This document shows, in pieces, positions 1 to 8,384 of a stretch of 25,991 nucleotides of DNA. How positions within the stretch are numbered: position 1 is the stretch's first letter; every line of letters begins with the position of its first letter. The DNA comes from an uncultured Myxococcales bacterium (GTDB lineage: Bacteria > Myxococcota_A > Bradymonadia > UBA4248), in the NCBI GenBank assembly GCA_964454015.1, contig CAYVQF010000041.1:1-25991 (forward strand), read 5' to 3'. The position numbers and the translations under genes were made by a program. Below the pieces are notes generated by a model that was not told the origin of the DNA, searched no databases, and saw nothing but the letters and a program-made list of their open reading frames with translations.

Positions 1-5
1 CTTGG

Positions 6-35
6 AAACCCAAGAACAACGGGGTTTTTTATTTT
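6..35 (+). terminator. Possible intrinsic terminator: short AAACCC/GGGTTT hairpin with 9-nt loop followed by TTTTTTATTTT run
   Basis: Read directly: the sequence ggAAACCCaagaacaacGGGGTTTTTTATTTT. The stem is short and AT-containing, which is atypical for this GC-rich genome. It may terminate a + strand gene lying upstream of the window. Confidence 0.25.
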
Positions 36-49
36 CTTGACCGTGGATC

Positions 50-400
50 AGGGGGCGGGGGTGCCGAAGAAAGTTGAAAATATCAAGTACTTCTAAATCA
101 ACGGAATTTCGGCATTGGAGTTTCTTTTTTTCCTGTCAGACAATTTACGACTTGCCTAGGCAGGGCTATTGCCTTAGACTCGACTTCATTGACCTGAACA
201 TCGATGCAGAGAACTTCCACATTTTGCATCGCAGGTTGATTTCGGGAGCCCATGCCGGCCCGCCCCCAGATCCCACCTAAACACTCTCGTAGTCTGTTTC
301 CCGTCACCGTATCCTTCAGTTTTAAAGTGTACATCCTTCCAAGCACCGGCATTGGTCCTCCCTAACCTACGCATCCTGATGGCCACCCTCGCGCGCTGCA
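50..400. other. Anomalously AT-rich, hairpin-dense non-coding segment (candidate structured ncRNA or foreign DNA remnant)
   Basis: GC content is visibly far below the window average. Several local inverted repeats are present: tgccgaa...ttcggca, gttga...tcaac, gatgca...tgcatc, ggca...tgcc. The segment is bounded by complementary G/C tracts, GGGGGCGGG at about 51-59 and CCCGCCCCC at about 262-270. The only ORFs here are short, begin with TTG, use AT-rich codons unlike the rest of the window, and have no SD sequence. Confidence 0.3.
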
Positions 401-449
401 CCCATTGTGTAAGCCCGGGGGTGGACGTCTAAACTCTGAACCGCTCCCC

Positions 450-785
450 ATGTTGACGCGCGCCGACCTCCAAGCCATTGGTCAGCATTTGGGCGCCGTG
501 ACGGCGCAGACCTACAAGCTCGAAGTGCGCGCGTGCACGCCACAGGCCACCTTGTGCCAGTGGCAGAACATCACCCGGGTGGGCTACGTCTTGGCCCTTG
601 ATGCCTTGGATTATCGGACCTTTCACCTCTGCCTGGGGCGCGTCCGCGGCACGGGCACAGCGGCGCCAGAGGTCGAAACCCTGTGCGATGTGGTCCTGGA
701 CAAGGCGGCCATGGCGCGCCTCGTGGGCGAACCGCGGCGCCTGGTGCGCATCCTCTTGGGCCAAGAGCGGGCGCCACAGCCTTGA
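450..785 (+). CDS. Hypothetical protein (111 aa)
   Basis: ORF-track frame 405..785. The ATG is at residue 16. Codon usage is strongly C/G-ending like the confirmed genes. No recognisable motif and no good SD sequence. Confidence 0.45.
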   Translation: MLTRADLQAIGQHLGAVTAQTYKLEVRACTPQATLCQWQNITRVGYVLALDALDYRTFHLCLGRVRGTGTAAPEVETLCDVVLDKAAMARLVGEPRRLVRILLGQERAPQP

Positions 786-833
786 CCGCGAAGGAAGCGG
801 CGCAGCCTCAGAACCCAGCCGGCGCAGCGCAGC

Positions 834-2723
834 TCAGGTGAAGCGCTCGCGCAGCACCTCGTGGATACCTTTGCGCATCTCGAACCAGAAGGACAGGGCT
901 GCCTCGTCCTTGTCGCGTTTGAAGGCGTCAATCCAATCCAACAGTGCGGGATCGTTGTTGCCGTCCACCTCGTGCATCCGCACGAGGGAGGTCTCGATGA
1001 GGGTGATGTTGCGGTCGCTCTCCCAGTAGACCGCCGCGTTGCGGCTGTTGATGCGACACGAGGTGGCGAAGGCGTTCGCGACCATCTCCGGCCCGACGCC
1101 GAAGAGGGAGTGGATGATGTCGGGCACCATGTCCTCGGCCCACAAGCGATGGAAACGGCAGAAGCCGGCGTTGTCCAAGAGGATCTCTTTCATCATCCGC
1201 TCAGCGTTGCGATGACCCAGCTCTCGCGGGGGGAAGAAATCGTTGCCGTAGTACATGTAGTACTTGCCCATGATGGGCATGGGGGCCAGCACGCCAGGCG
1301 TCCAATACTGGTTGGGGACCATCCAACCTTTGCGAGCGTTGGCGTTGAAGACAAAGCTGTCCATGATCGCCTTGCCCCGGGTGCGCGCCAGCTCGCGGGC
1401 CAGCTTGCGGGCGCCTTCCCGCAGATCCAAGAGCTTATCGTGGGCGATGATGCGGTCAAGCAGCTCAACGCCGAGCTCAGCGTTGTGCATGGAGTCGGTC
1501 GTGACGGCGAAGTCCACCGGTGAGAAGACGGGCCGGCGGCTCACGCCAAGCTCTGCGGGGCTGAGAGAGCCATTGTCGAGGCACTCCATGATCCAAGACA
1601 GGACGCCGCCGACAGAGATGGCATCGAAGCCGAGGGTGTCGGCGTGATGGTTGAGCAGCTCTGCGGCGCGCTGGTCGAAGATACCCGTCAGTGGGCCCAT
1701 GGTCTGGTAGGGCTCGTAGTCCTTTTTGAAGGTGCCATGCATCTTCTTGCACACGGCGGCGCAAGGCTCGCCGCAGTTGCGCATGGCCTCCCCTTTGGGG
1801 ACGGCGTGCAGGTCTTCGTTGAACTGGCGCAGGTAATGGTCAGACACCAGGCGTTGCCACATCCCGCTGCGCGCCTCCTCATCCATGAGCAGGGAGCGGT
1901 AGTTGAAAGCCAAGAGGCGACCCCCCATCTTGGCGTAGTTCACGCCGAAGGTGCCCCCCGTGTTGAGGGCTGGGTCGAGGCGATACTTGGTGGTCGCCTC
2001 CAGATCTTTGGCGGCCATTTTCTTGTTGTAGCGCGTCTCGAACCACTCGTTGGCGACGCTGCGATCGCGAAAATCTTCGTCGACGAAGGTGCCGCCGTAA
2101 ATCACCCCGACGATCCCGTGCTGCTGGAACATCTTCGTGCCGAAGCCACCCCGACCCGCCCAGGTGTCCACGTAGGTCGCGCTCTTGTTGGTCACCGGCA
2201 CGGACATGACGGCCCCGAAATCAGTCGCCGCCGCCGCAGGCCCCGTCGCCAAGACGCGCGGGTCCGTCAGATAGCGATCGCCCAAGTTCTCCAACGCCCA
2301 ATCGGTCACGGCGTAGACACCGCCCCGGCCCGAACGCCACAAGGCTTGGGGGTCCACTGGGTGCAGCTCCACTTCGATTTCTTCGCCGTGGACGCGGTTG
2401 AGATAGAGGATGGAGGGCCGGGCGGCGCAGTTGCGAATGGACAGCATGTTGATGCCCAGGTTGTCGAAGACCAAGCCAGCGCCGCCCATGGAGGAGATGA
2501 AAAAGTTGCCCCAGCAGGGAGAGAAGCCCGTGAAGAAGAGGCGGTTGGAACCCGGGAAAATGGAGCCACACAACAAGCCCGTCCCGATGTTCAGGCTGTT
2601 GTAGCGTCCTGCCAAGTGCAAACCCAAATCAATGGGACCAAAAAAGTGACCCACCTGATGGCGCTCGATGCGATAGAAGCCAGAGCTAGCGTCGACATGA
2701 AGAACTTTGAGTCGCATATCCAT
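834..2723 (-). CDS. Aldehyde:ferredoxin oxidoreductase (tungsten/molybdopterin AOR) family protein
   Basis: 629 aa, a typical AOR length. Blocks resembling P. furiosus AOR: SMGGAGLVFDNLG...YLNRVHGEEIEVE (N-domain), MGPLTGIFDQRAAELLNHHADTLGFDAISVGGVLSWIMEC (domain 2/3 core), and a Cys cluster NCGEPCAAVC. There is a long spurious antisense ORF on the + strand. Confidence 0.65.
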   Translation of the reverse strand: MDMRLKVLHVDASSGFYRIERHQVGHFFGPIDLGLHLAGRYNSLNIGTGLLCGSIFPGSNRLFFTGFSPCWGNFFISSMGGAGLVFDNLGINMLSIRNCAARPSILYLNRVHGEEIEVELHPVDPQALWRSGRGGVYAVTDWALENLGDRYLTDPRVLATGPAAAATDFGAVMSVPVTNKSATYVDTWAGRGGFGTKMFQQHGIVGVIYGGTFVDEDFRDRSVANEWFETRYNKKMAAKDLEATTKYRLDPALNTGGTFGVNYAKMGGRLLAFNYRSLLMDEEARSGMWQRLVSDHYLRQFNEDLHAVPKGEAMRNCGEPCAAVCKKMHGTFKKDYEPYQTMGPLTGIFDQRAAELLNHHADTLGFDAISVGGVLSWIMECLDNGSLSPAELGVSRRPVFSPVDFAVTTDSMHNAELGVELLDRIIAHDKLLDLREGARKLARELARTRGKAIMDSFVFNANARKGWMVPNQYWTPGVLAPMPIMGKYYMYYGNDFFPPRELGHRNAERMMKEILLDNAGFCRFHRLWAEDMVPDIIHSLFGVGPEMVANAFATSCRINSRNAAVYWESDRNITLIETSLVRMHEVDGNNDPALLDWIDAFKRDKDEAALSFWFEMRKGIHEVLRERFT

Positions 2724-2808
2724 GAGGGCACCCTCCTAGGCGCAAAGATAAGGCGTCAGCGGCCTCGGCACTTCCAGCCTGAGGCGCCGCGGCGCCGGGT
2801 CGCAACGT

Positions 2809-3510
2809 TCAGACGCTCACGGCATGGAGCGCGACGGGGATCATGCGGTGGATGGCGCGTTGCAGGAGCGCCTCATCGGCGCGCTTCTGCTCGGCGATGA
2901 GGTCGGACACGGCCAGCACACAGGCGGCCCGCAGACCCCGCTGCGCGGCGACCGTCAGGATGGCGCTGGCTTCCATCTCGAGCGCCAAGACACCAAAAGC
3001 ACGCAAGCGCTCGACCAGCTCCTGACGTGGATCATAGAAGAGATCCATCGTCCCCACGGGGCCACAATGGAAAGGAATGCCGAGCTCCTCGCAATAGGAG
3101 ACGGCGCGCCGCACCAGAAAAAAATCGGCCGTAGGGACGAAGCCGCCTCCCGCGAAGAGCCCGCGCGAGACCCCATCGAAGGGGCAGGCCGCCGTGGCCA
3201 CGATGGTGTCGCCCAAGCTCACCGCTGGCGACAGGGCGCCGCAAGTCCCGATGCGCACGAAGCCCTTGGCGCCGAGGCGACTCAACTCTTCGCACACGAT
3301 GGCGGCGCTCGGCGCGCCCATGCCCGTCGCTTGGACGGAGATGCGCTGGCCGTCGCGGACCCCCGTGAAGCCGTAGAGCTTGCGATAGGTCGTGTAACAC
3401 ACCACCTCTTCCAGAAAGCTCCAGGCCACCTGCTCTGCGCGCTCGGGATCACCCGGCAGCAACACCCAATCGGCCACCGCACCAGCCGTCCCACGTATAT
3501 GTATCTGCAT
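2809..3510 (-). CDS. Purine nucleoside phosphorylase, DeoD-type (PNP/UDP family 1)
   Basis: Motifs GDPERA, ATGMGAPSAAI, RIGTCG, EMEASA. Start refined to MQIHIRG (ATG at 3510), preceded by GGAG. The ORF-track ORF extends 16 codons further upstream. Confidence 0.8.
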   Translation of the reverse strand: MQIHIRGTAGAVADWVLLPGDPERAEQVAWSFLEEVVCYTTYRKLYGFTGVRDGQRISVQATGMGAPSAAIVCEELSRLGAKGFVRIGTCGALSPAVSLGDTIVATAACPFDGVSRGLFAGGGFVPTADFFLVRRAVSYCEELGIPFHCGPVGTMDLFYDPRQELVERLRAFGVLALEMEASAILTVAAQRGLRAACVLAVSDLIAEQKRADEALLQRAIHRMIPVALHAVSV

Positions 3511-3561
3511 GCGCTCCTGCTCCCTCCACCTACGACATAGCCTGCATAGGCCTACCATGTT

Positions 3562-4650
3562 TCAGGCCGCCGGCAAACCCTGCCGCGGCACGACCGTCGT
3601 CGGCCGCTGGCGCCGCGGGAAGGGCGCCCACCGCGAGCGGGCCGCGCAACGGCTGCCGGGTGCCGGCAAGGCGCACGCCAGGAGCGACTCGGCCAATGAC
3701 CGCACCCCGGCCACGGAGTAAGCCTCGCGCCGGTTGCTCGGGCACTGCAAGACCGCCCGCCGCCAGCGCGCCGGGATCGCCGACTCGCCGTAGTGTGCCC
3801 CCAAGAGCGCACCCGTCAGGGCGGCGTTGGTGTCCGTGTCACCCCCGGCGAGCACGGTCTGACGTAAAGCCGCGCTCAAATCACTTGCGTGGAGGAGCTG
3901 GTAGAAGGCGTTGTGTAGCGTGACCTGGGCCTTGCCCGTGGCCGCACCATCGCAACACGGCGCCGTGGCGCCCTGGGCGGCCCATAGGGTCTCCCGCACC
4001 ACGGCATGCTCCGCCGCCGTGTAGGCCGCCTGCCACATCGCGCGCCGACTCCCACCGCGCAGACCGCAGGCCATGGCCACCACCAGCGCCACAGAAGACT
4101 CCTGGGCCACGGCCGTCGGGTGGCTCAGGGCCGCATCCTGCCGCACCGCCAAGCCCAGATCGGCCGTCGGCCATGCCGCGCCAGCGATGGCAAAGGGAGG
4201 ATGGCGCATCATCGCGCCGTTGTCGCAGCCATTGAGGGGAGACCATGTCGCGGCGCTGCGCGCCGCGATGCGCTTGGCGTCTCGCTCGGCATCACGCACC
4301 CCAAAGGGAGCAAAGGCGCGACAGGTCGACCAGTCCATGTCCAGAGGCGCGCTGCGACACCACTGGGTGTAGGCGCTGGCCAGGGCATCGAGATCGAAGC
4401 CGTGGGCGAGCAAAGTGCGCGCCGTGACCAAGGCCAGCTCGGAGTCGTCCGTCACCTGGCCGTGGGCCATGAAGAGCGCGCCGCCCAAGCCCATCTCCCC
4501 TGGGCGCGCCTGGCGATACTTGCGAATCGCCGCCGCCGACTCGAACTCGAAGCGCGCACCGAGAGCGTCGCCAACCAAATGACCCAACAACAAGCCGCGC
4601 GCGCGCTGGACGCGTCGCGCCACCATCCGGCTCTCTTCCCTCTCCTTCAT
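3562..4650 (-). CDS. ADP-ribosylglycohydrolase family protein (ARH/DraG-like)
   Basis: N-terminal GLLLGHLVGDALG and C-terminal GGDTDTNAALTGALLGA signature blocks. GAGGTGA SD 5 nt upstream of the ATG at 4650. It lies 51 bp upstream of, and co-oriented with, the PNP gene. Confidence 0.75.
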   Translation of the reverse strand: MKEREESRMVARRVQRARGLLLGHLVGDALGARFEFESAAAIRKYRQARPGEMGLGGALFMAHGQVTDDSELALVTARTLLAHGFDLDALASAYTQWCRSAPLDMDWSTCRAFAPFGVRDAERDAKRIAARSAATWSPLNGCDNGAMMRHPPFAIAGAAWPTADLGLAVRQDAALSHPTAVAQESSVALVVAMACGLRGGSRRAMWQAAYTAAEHAVVRETLWAAQGATAPCCDGAATGKAQVTLHNAFYQLLHASDLSAALRQTVLAGGDTDTNAALTGALLGAHYGESAIPARWRRAVLQCPSNRREAYSVAGVRSLAESLLACALPAPGSRCAARSRWAPFPRRQRPTTVVPRQGLPAA

Positions 4651-4859
4651 GACTCACCTCGCGTAGACGTAGGGCCCGGTGGCCGCGGCCCGGTGTGCCC
4701 AATAGATGTCCGGCCCGGGGCGCTGGCCGTGCGCGAAAATGATCTCTTCTCCTCCATTTTCATTCCCGCCTTGCCCCTTCCTCCGCTGAGATCTATCTCT
4801 CACCCGCGCGCGGCGGCTGGTGTTGCGCCGCCCTCCCCCCAGCTCTCCAGGAGACAGCC

Positions 4860-5468
4860 ATGAACCCCACCCTTTGGAACGAGAAATGGACCGCCAAAGG
4901 CCCCGACGCGGCCCAACATCGACACAGCCCCCATCAGCCTGACCCCCTCCTGCCCCAGCTCGTCGGCCCTTGGCCCACCGGGCGCGCCCTCGACCTCGGC
5001 TGTGGTCTCGGCGCCAACGCCCGTTGGTTGGCTCGCCAGGGGTGGCAGGTCTGTGGCCTCGATTTCTCCTCAGTGGCCATCGACTTCGCCCGCCGCCTCG
5101 CCGAGCAGGACGAAAACCCTCCGGATTTTCGCGTCGCCGACGTGACCACTCTCGCCGCCGACGAGACCTTTGACCTGGTGACCGCCTTCTACCTCCACCT
5201 CAGCCAGGCCCAGCGTCAATCCCTTCTGGCCACGCTACACCAACACCTGCGCCCGGGGGGGCACGTGGTCTTCGTCGCCCATGACCGCAGCGACCAGAGC
5301 TGGTCACCCTCGGATCCCAAAGGACCACCGCCGGAAATCCTCACCACCCCGGAGGAGGTGAGGGCCGAACTGAGCGGCCTGCAGGTGCTGCGCGCCGAGG
5401 TCATCCTCCACGACGCCCACCAGGACGGACGGGCTGCGCCCGTCACGGTGGTCGTGGCGCAGCGCTAA
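4860..5468 (+). CDS. Class I SAM-dependent methyltransferase (TPMT/TehB-like)
   Basis: Motif I LDLGCGLGANARWLARQGWQVCGLDFS. AGGAGA SD 6 nt before the ATG. 202 aa. Confidence 0.7.
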   Translation: MNPTLWNEKWTAKGPDAAQHRHSPHQPDPLLPQLVGPWPTGRALDLGCGLGANARWLARQGWQVCGLDFSSVAIDFARRLAEQDENPPDFRVADVTTLAADETFDLVTAFYLHLSQAQRQSLLATLHQHLRPGGHVVFVAHDRSDQSWSPSDPKGPPPEILTTPEEVRAELSGLQVLRAEVILHDAHQDGRAAPVTVVVAQR

Positions 5469-5532
5469 TTCATGGGCGAGGCCTCGGGCGGGCCGCCACG
5501 GGAACGCACACAAAGCGCCCCAGCCGCGCCGC

Positions 5533-6459
5533 TCAGCCAATGGCGGCGTAAGAGGTGTTGTCGATGCGGAAGCGCAGCCACTTGGCCATGAACCACGGGG
5601 CGTAGATCCCGACGGTGATGAGGGTCAAGAGGTAGCCCACCAAGAACAACACGAAGAGCTGCCCACCCGTGCCGCCAAAGTTCCCGGCGAGGGTGCGCCC
5701 GGCCACGTGGACCCGGGTGTTGTTGACGAAGAACTGGGTCAATTTCACCGTGAACCACGGCATGTAGATGCCGAAGGTGATGAGGGTCAAGAGGTAGCCC
5801 ACCAAGAAGGTCACGAAGAGGCTGCCACCCGTGCCGACGAAGCTCAACTTGCCGATGGGCTGGTTATTCTCGAGGATCGCCATGTGGTCTTTGATGTAGC
5901 GCTGAATCTTGCACATGAACCACGGCATGTAGATGCCGATGGTGATGAGGGTCAAGAGGTAGCCCACCAGGAAGGTCACGAAGAGCTTGCCCCCCGTGCC
6001 ACCGAAGTGCAGCTTGTACTCCGTGCCATCCTGAGCCCGCGCGCTCGAATGGTCCGCCAAATAAGCGACGAGGTTGCGCATGAACCACGCGCCGTAGATC
6101 CCCAAGGTGAGCAGGGTCAGGAGGTAACCCACCAGGAAGAGCACGAAGAGCTTGCCCCCCGAGCCGACGAAGACCGGCACCAGCGTCCCGCGACGGGTGC
6201 CGGCGATGGTGCTGTTTTCAAAAATGTAACGGGTCATGCGCACCATGAACCACGGCATATAGATGCCGAAGGTGATCAAGGTCAGCAGGTAACCGATGAG
6301 AAAGTTGACGAAGAGACCGCCACCGGTGCCGTGAAACTTGAGCTCCACCTTGCCGCCGCCAGCGCCCATGTGGGGGATGGCACCCATGGCCTGGGTGGGC
6401 GCGTACTCGAGCGCCGGATCCTGCAGATAGGGGTCCTGTCCCCCTGCGATATAGCTCAT
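5533..6459 (-). CDS. Polytopic membrane protein made of five tandem ~55-aa repeats (DUF898/YjgN-like, tentative)
   Basis: Five copies of G(T/S)GGxLFVxFLVGYLLTL(I/L)TxGIYxPWFxxK with variable hydrophilic linkers. GGGAGA SD upstream of the ATG at 6459. The GIYxPW repeat is recalled from memory as a feature of the YjgN family. Confidence 0.75.
   Translation of the reverse strand: MSYIAGGQDPYLQDPALEYAPTQAMGAIPHMGAGGGKVELKFHGTGGGLFVNFLIGYLLTLITFGIYMPWFMVRMTRYIFENSTIAGTRRGTLVPVFVGSGGKLFVLFLVGYLLTLLTLGIYGAWFMRNLVAYLADHSSARAQDGTEYKLHFGGTGGKLFVTFLVGYLLTLITIGIYMPWFMCKIQRYIKDHMAILENNQPIGKLSFVGTGGSLFVTFLVGYLLTLITFGIYMPWFTVKLTQFFVNNTRVHVAGRTLAGNFGGTGGQLFVLFLVGYLLTLITVGIYAPWFMAKWLRFRIDNTSYAAIG
5585..6360. 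repeat. Five tandem ~160-167-bp direct repeats inside the CDS (intragenic duplication)
   Basis: Near-identical cores catgaaccacggcatgtagatgccgaaggtgatgagggtcaagaggtagcccaccaagaag... recur starting near 5591, 5751, 5911, 6080 and 6245. Confidence 0.8.
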
Positions 6460-6662
6460 GGCTTCTCCCTAGACGTGCATTGGACCAAAGAGTCTGTTCA
6501 GCGAAAGGTCGTAGAAGGTCATCTTCGTGTTCCCTCACCGACGCGAAACACCGATGGCGGCACGCTAACAAAGCGTGCGCCCGGCGTCAATTCACGTTCG
6601 GCCGCACCCTGACGAATTGGCGCGGGCCGCCGCGCCCCCAACCCGCCACGGCACACGGCAGA

Positions 6663-8195
6663 TCACGCCTCGGCCTCGTGCTCCAGCTCGACCTTTTTGC
6701 CGACGATGCGGTGATAGGCCAAGAGCATGAGGGCACAGGAGACCGACAGGCCGCCGAAGATCAGCCACATGATATCGGGCCGACCGAGGTCCCGCGCCAA
6801 GTAGCCGTAAAGACGGCCCGAGAGGATGCCGCCAAAGAGGTTCCCTAAAGCGTTGCACCACATGTAGTAGCCCATGTAGAGACCCACCTTGTCCCGGGGC
6901 GCCACGGCCCGCGCCGTGTACTCCTTGGCCTTGGGCGATGCCATCATCTCGCCGAAGCTGAAGACGAAGACCCCCATGACCACGAACCAGGGGTTCACCC
7001 CCAAGGTCAGGAGGGAGAAGGAGATGGCCGTGATCCCGATCCCGATCATGATGGTGATGAGCGGCTTCATGCGGGCGACCACGGACGAGACGATCACCTG
7101 GAAGAAGATAATGGCCAAGGCGTTGATGTTGATGATCTGCTCGGGCTTGATGTGTCCCGTCTCGGTGGCAAAAATGCTCTTCAAGGTCGCGACGCCGCCA
7201 TCACCGGCCCCCAAAGACGTCGCCAAACCAATGATGCTGTTCATCAGCTTGTCCGTCTCGGAGAAGTCGCGGATGTACTCGGGCAAGGTGAGAAAAATCT
7301 GATTGAAGGCCACCCAGAAGCTGGACAGCAGGAGTAAAAAGAGGAGAAAGCGGGCGTGACCGATGCGCATACAGTGCTGCCCTCTGCCCGTGGCGCGCAA
7401 AATCACGTCCAAGACGATGTTGGCCACGATCCAGCCCACGCCCCAAAGCGCGACCTCGGCCAAGGATAGCCAGCGCGACCCAAGGACCAAAACCACCAAG
7501 ACCACAAAGACAGCCAGGAAGAAGCGCGCGTTGCCAATGACCTCCATCATGTCGGTCATCACCTTCTTGAAGGATCGCTTGTTGGTGGACGTGGACTCGC
7601 CCTCGGGCTCCTTGTAGAAGAACAACAAAATCGGGATGTTCAACGCGATCCAAATGGAAGAAGCATAGAAGACGTACTCCCAGCCAGCGGTGCGCATCCA
7701 CGCCGCCAGGAAGGGACCGGCGAAGCCACCCATGTTCACCATCATGTAAAATATACCAAAACCAAGCGAAGCCGTTTTATCGGTTGTGGTTTTACCAATG
7801 GTCCCCACGATGAGAGGCTTGAAAATGGCCGCGCCCAGACCCACCAACATGAAAGCCCCGAAGAAGGCCGGGAAGGTCTTCATTTGCCCCAAAAGGAAAT
7901 AGGCAGGGGACAAAATACAGTAGGAAACCAACAGCATCTTCTTGAAGCCGTAACGATCGCCCAAGGCGCCCGTAAAGAACGGGAACAAGTAGATGAAGAA
8001 GGTCACCACCCCCTGCAGAAGCCCTCGATCTTCCGAGGAAAATCCCAAACCTCCCTCAGAGACCGAGCCCGTGATGTAGACCGTGGACAAGGCAAAAAAG
8101 CCATACCAGGACATCCGCTCGAAAATCTCCATCACGTTGGAGACCCAGAACGTAGAGGGAAAACGTTTGAAAACGTTCACTTTCTGCTCCGCCAT
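6663..8195 (-). CDS. POT/PTR2-family proton-dependent di-/tripeptide transporter (DtpT-like MFS permease)
   Basis: FWVSNVMEIFERMSWYG and FYMMVNMGGF signature regions with many TM segments. Start refined to MAEQKVN (ATG at 8195) with a GGAGAGGAG SD. The ORF-track ORF extends 24 codons upstream. Confidence 0.8.
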   Translation of the reverse strand: MAEQKVNVFKRFPSTFWVSNVMEIFERMSWYGFFALSTVYITGSVSEGGLGFSSEDRGLLQGVVTFFIYLFPFFTGALGDRYGFKKMLLVSYCILSPAYFLLGQMKTFPAFFGAFMLVGLGAAIFKPLIVGTIGKTTTDKTASLGFGIFYMMVNMGGFAGPFLAAWMRTAGWEYVFYASSIWIALNIPILLFFYKEPEGESTSTNKRSFKKVMTDMMEVIGNARFFLAVFVVLVVLVLGSRWLSLAEVALWGVGWIVANIVLDVILRATGRGQHCMRIGHARFLLFLLLLSSFWVAFNQIFLTLPEYIRDFSETDKLMNSIIGLATSLGAGDGGVATLKSIFATETGHIKPEQIININALAIIFFQVIVSSVVARMKPLITIMIGIGITAISFSLLTLGVNPWFVVMGVFVFSFGEMMASPKAKEYTARAVAPRDKVGLYMGYYMWCNALGNLFGGILSGRLYGYLARDLGRPDIMWLIFGGLSVSCALMLLAYHRIVGKKVELEHEAEA

Positions 8196-8384
8196 GCCTG
8201 CTCCTCTCCCCTGCGATTTTCGGCAACATTGCCCTTCGGCCAACCTCTTTAGCAGGTTCGCTCTCACTCACCAAGCCACCCGCCCTTGCGCCCATTGACC
8301 CCGACGCTGCCCCTCGCTAAGTTCCGCTCGGCCAAACTACCGCGGCGCCCCACGGCATGCGGCTCTCTCTGCCAGGATCTCATC

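Noticed and set aside
74-280. 68-aa TTG-initiated ORF in the AT-rich segment (and minus-strand 98..352, 186..401)
   Set aside because: No SD sequence. Codon usage unlike the host genome. They overlap one another in a hairpin-dense non-coding-looking region. Kept only as part of the AT-rich anomaly finding.
50-300. Possible tmRNA, RNase P RNA, SRP RNA or 6S RNA
   Set aside because: A 5' GGGGGCG... start and a complementary C-rich 3' tract initially suggested a tmRNA acceptor stem. There is no T-loop (GGTTCNANTCC), no ACCA end, no tag reading frame ending in a stop, and none of the conserved RNase P or SRP motifs. Left as an unassigned structured element.
1644-2900. 418-aa + strand ORF, plus 861..1523
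   Set aside because: Antisense to the AOR-family gene; shadow ORF.
4006-4863. 285-aa + strand ORF
   Set aside because: Antisense to the ADP-ribosylglycohydrolase gene. Arg/Gly/Ala-rich composition.
5707-6612. 301-aa + strand ORF
   Set aside because: Antisense to the five-repeat membrane protein gene. Its apparent internal repeats merely mirror the sense-strand repeats.
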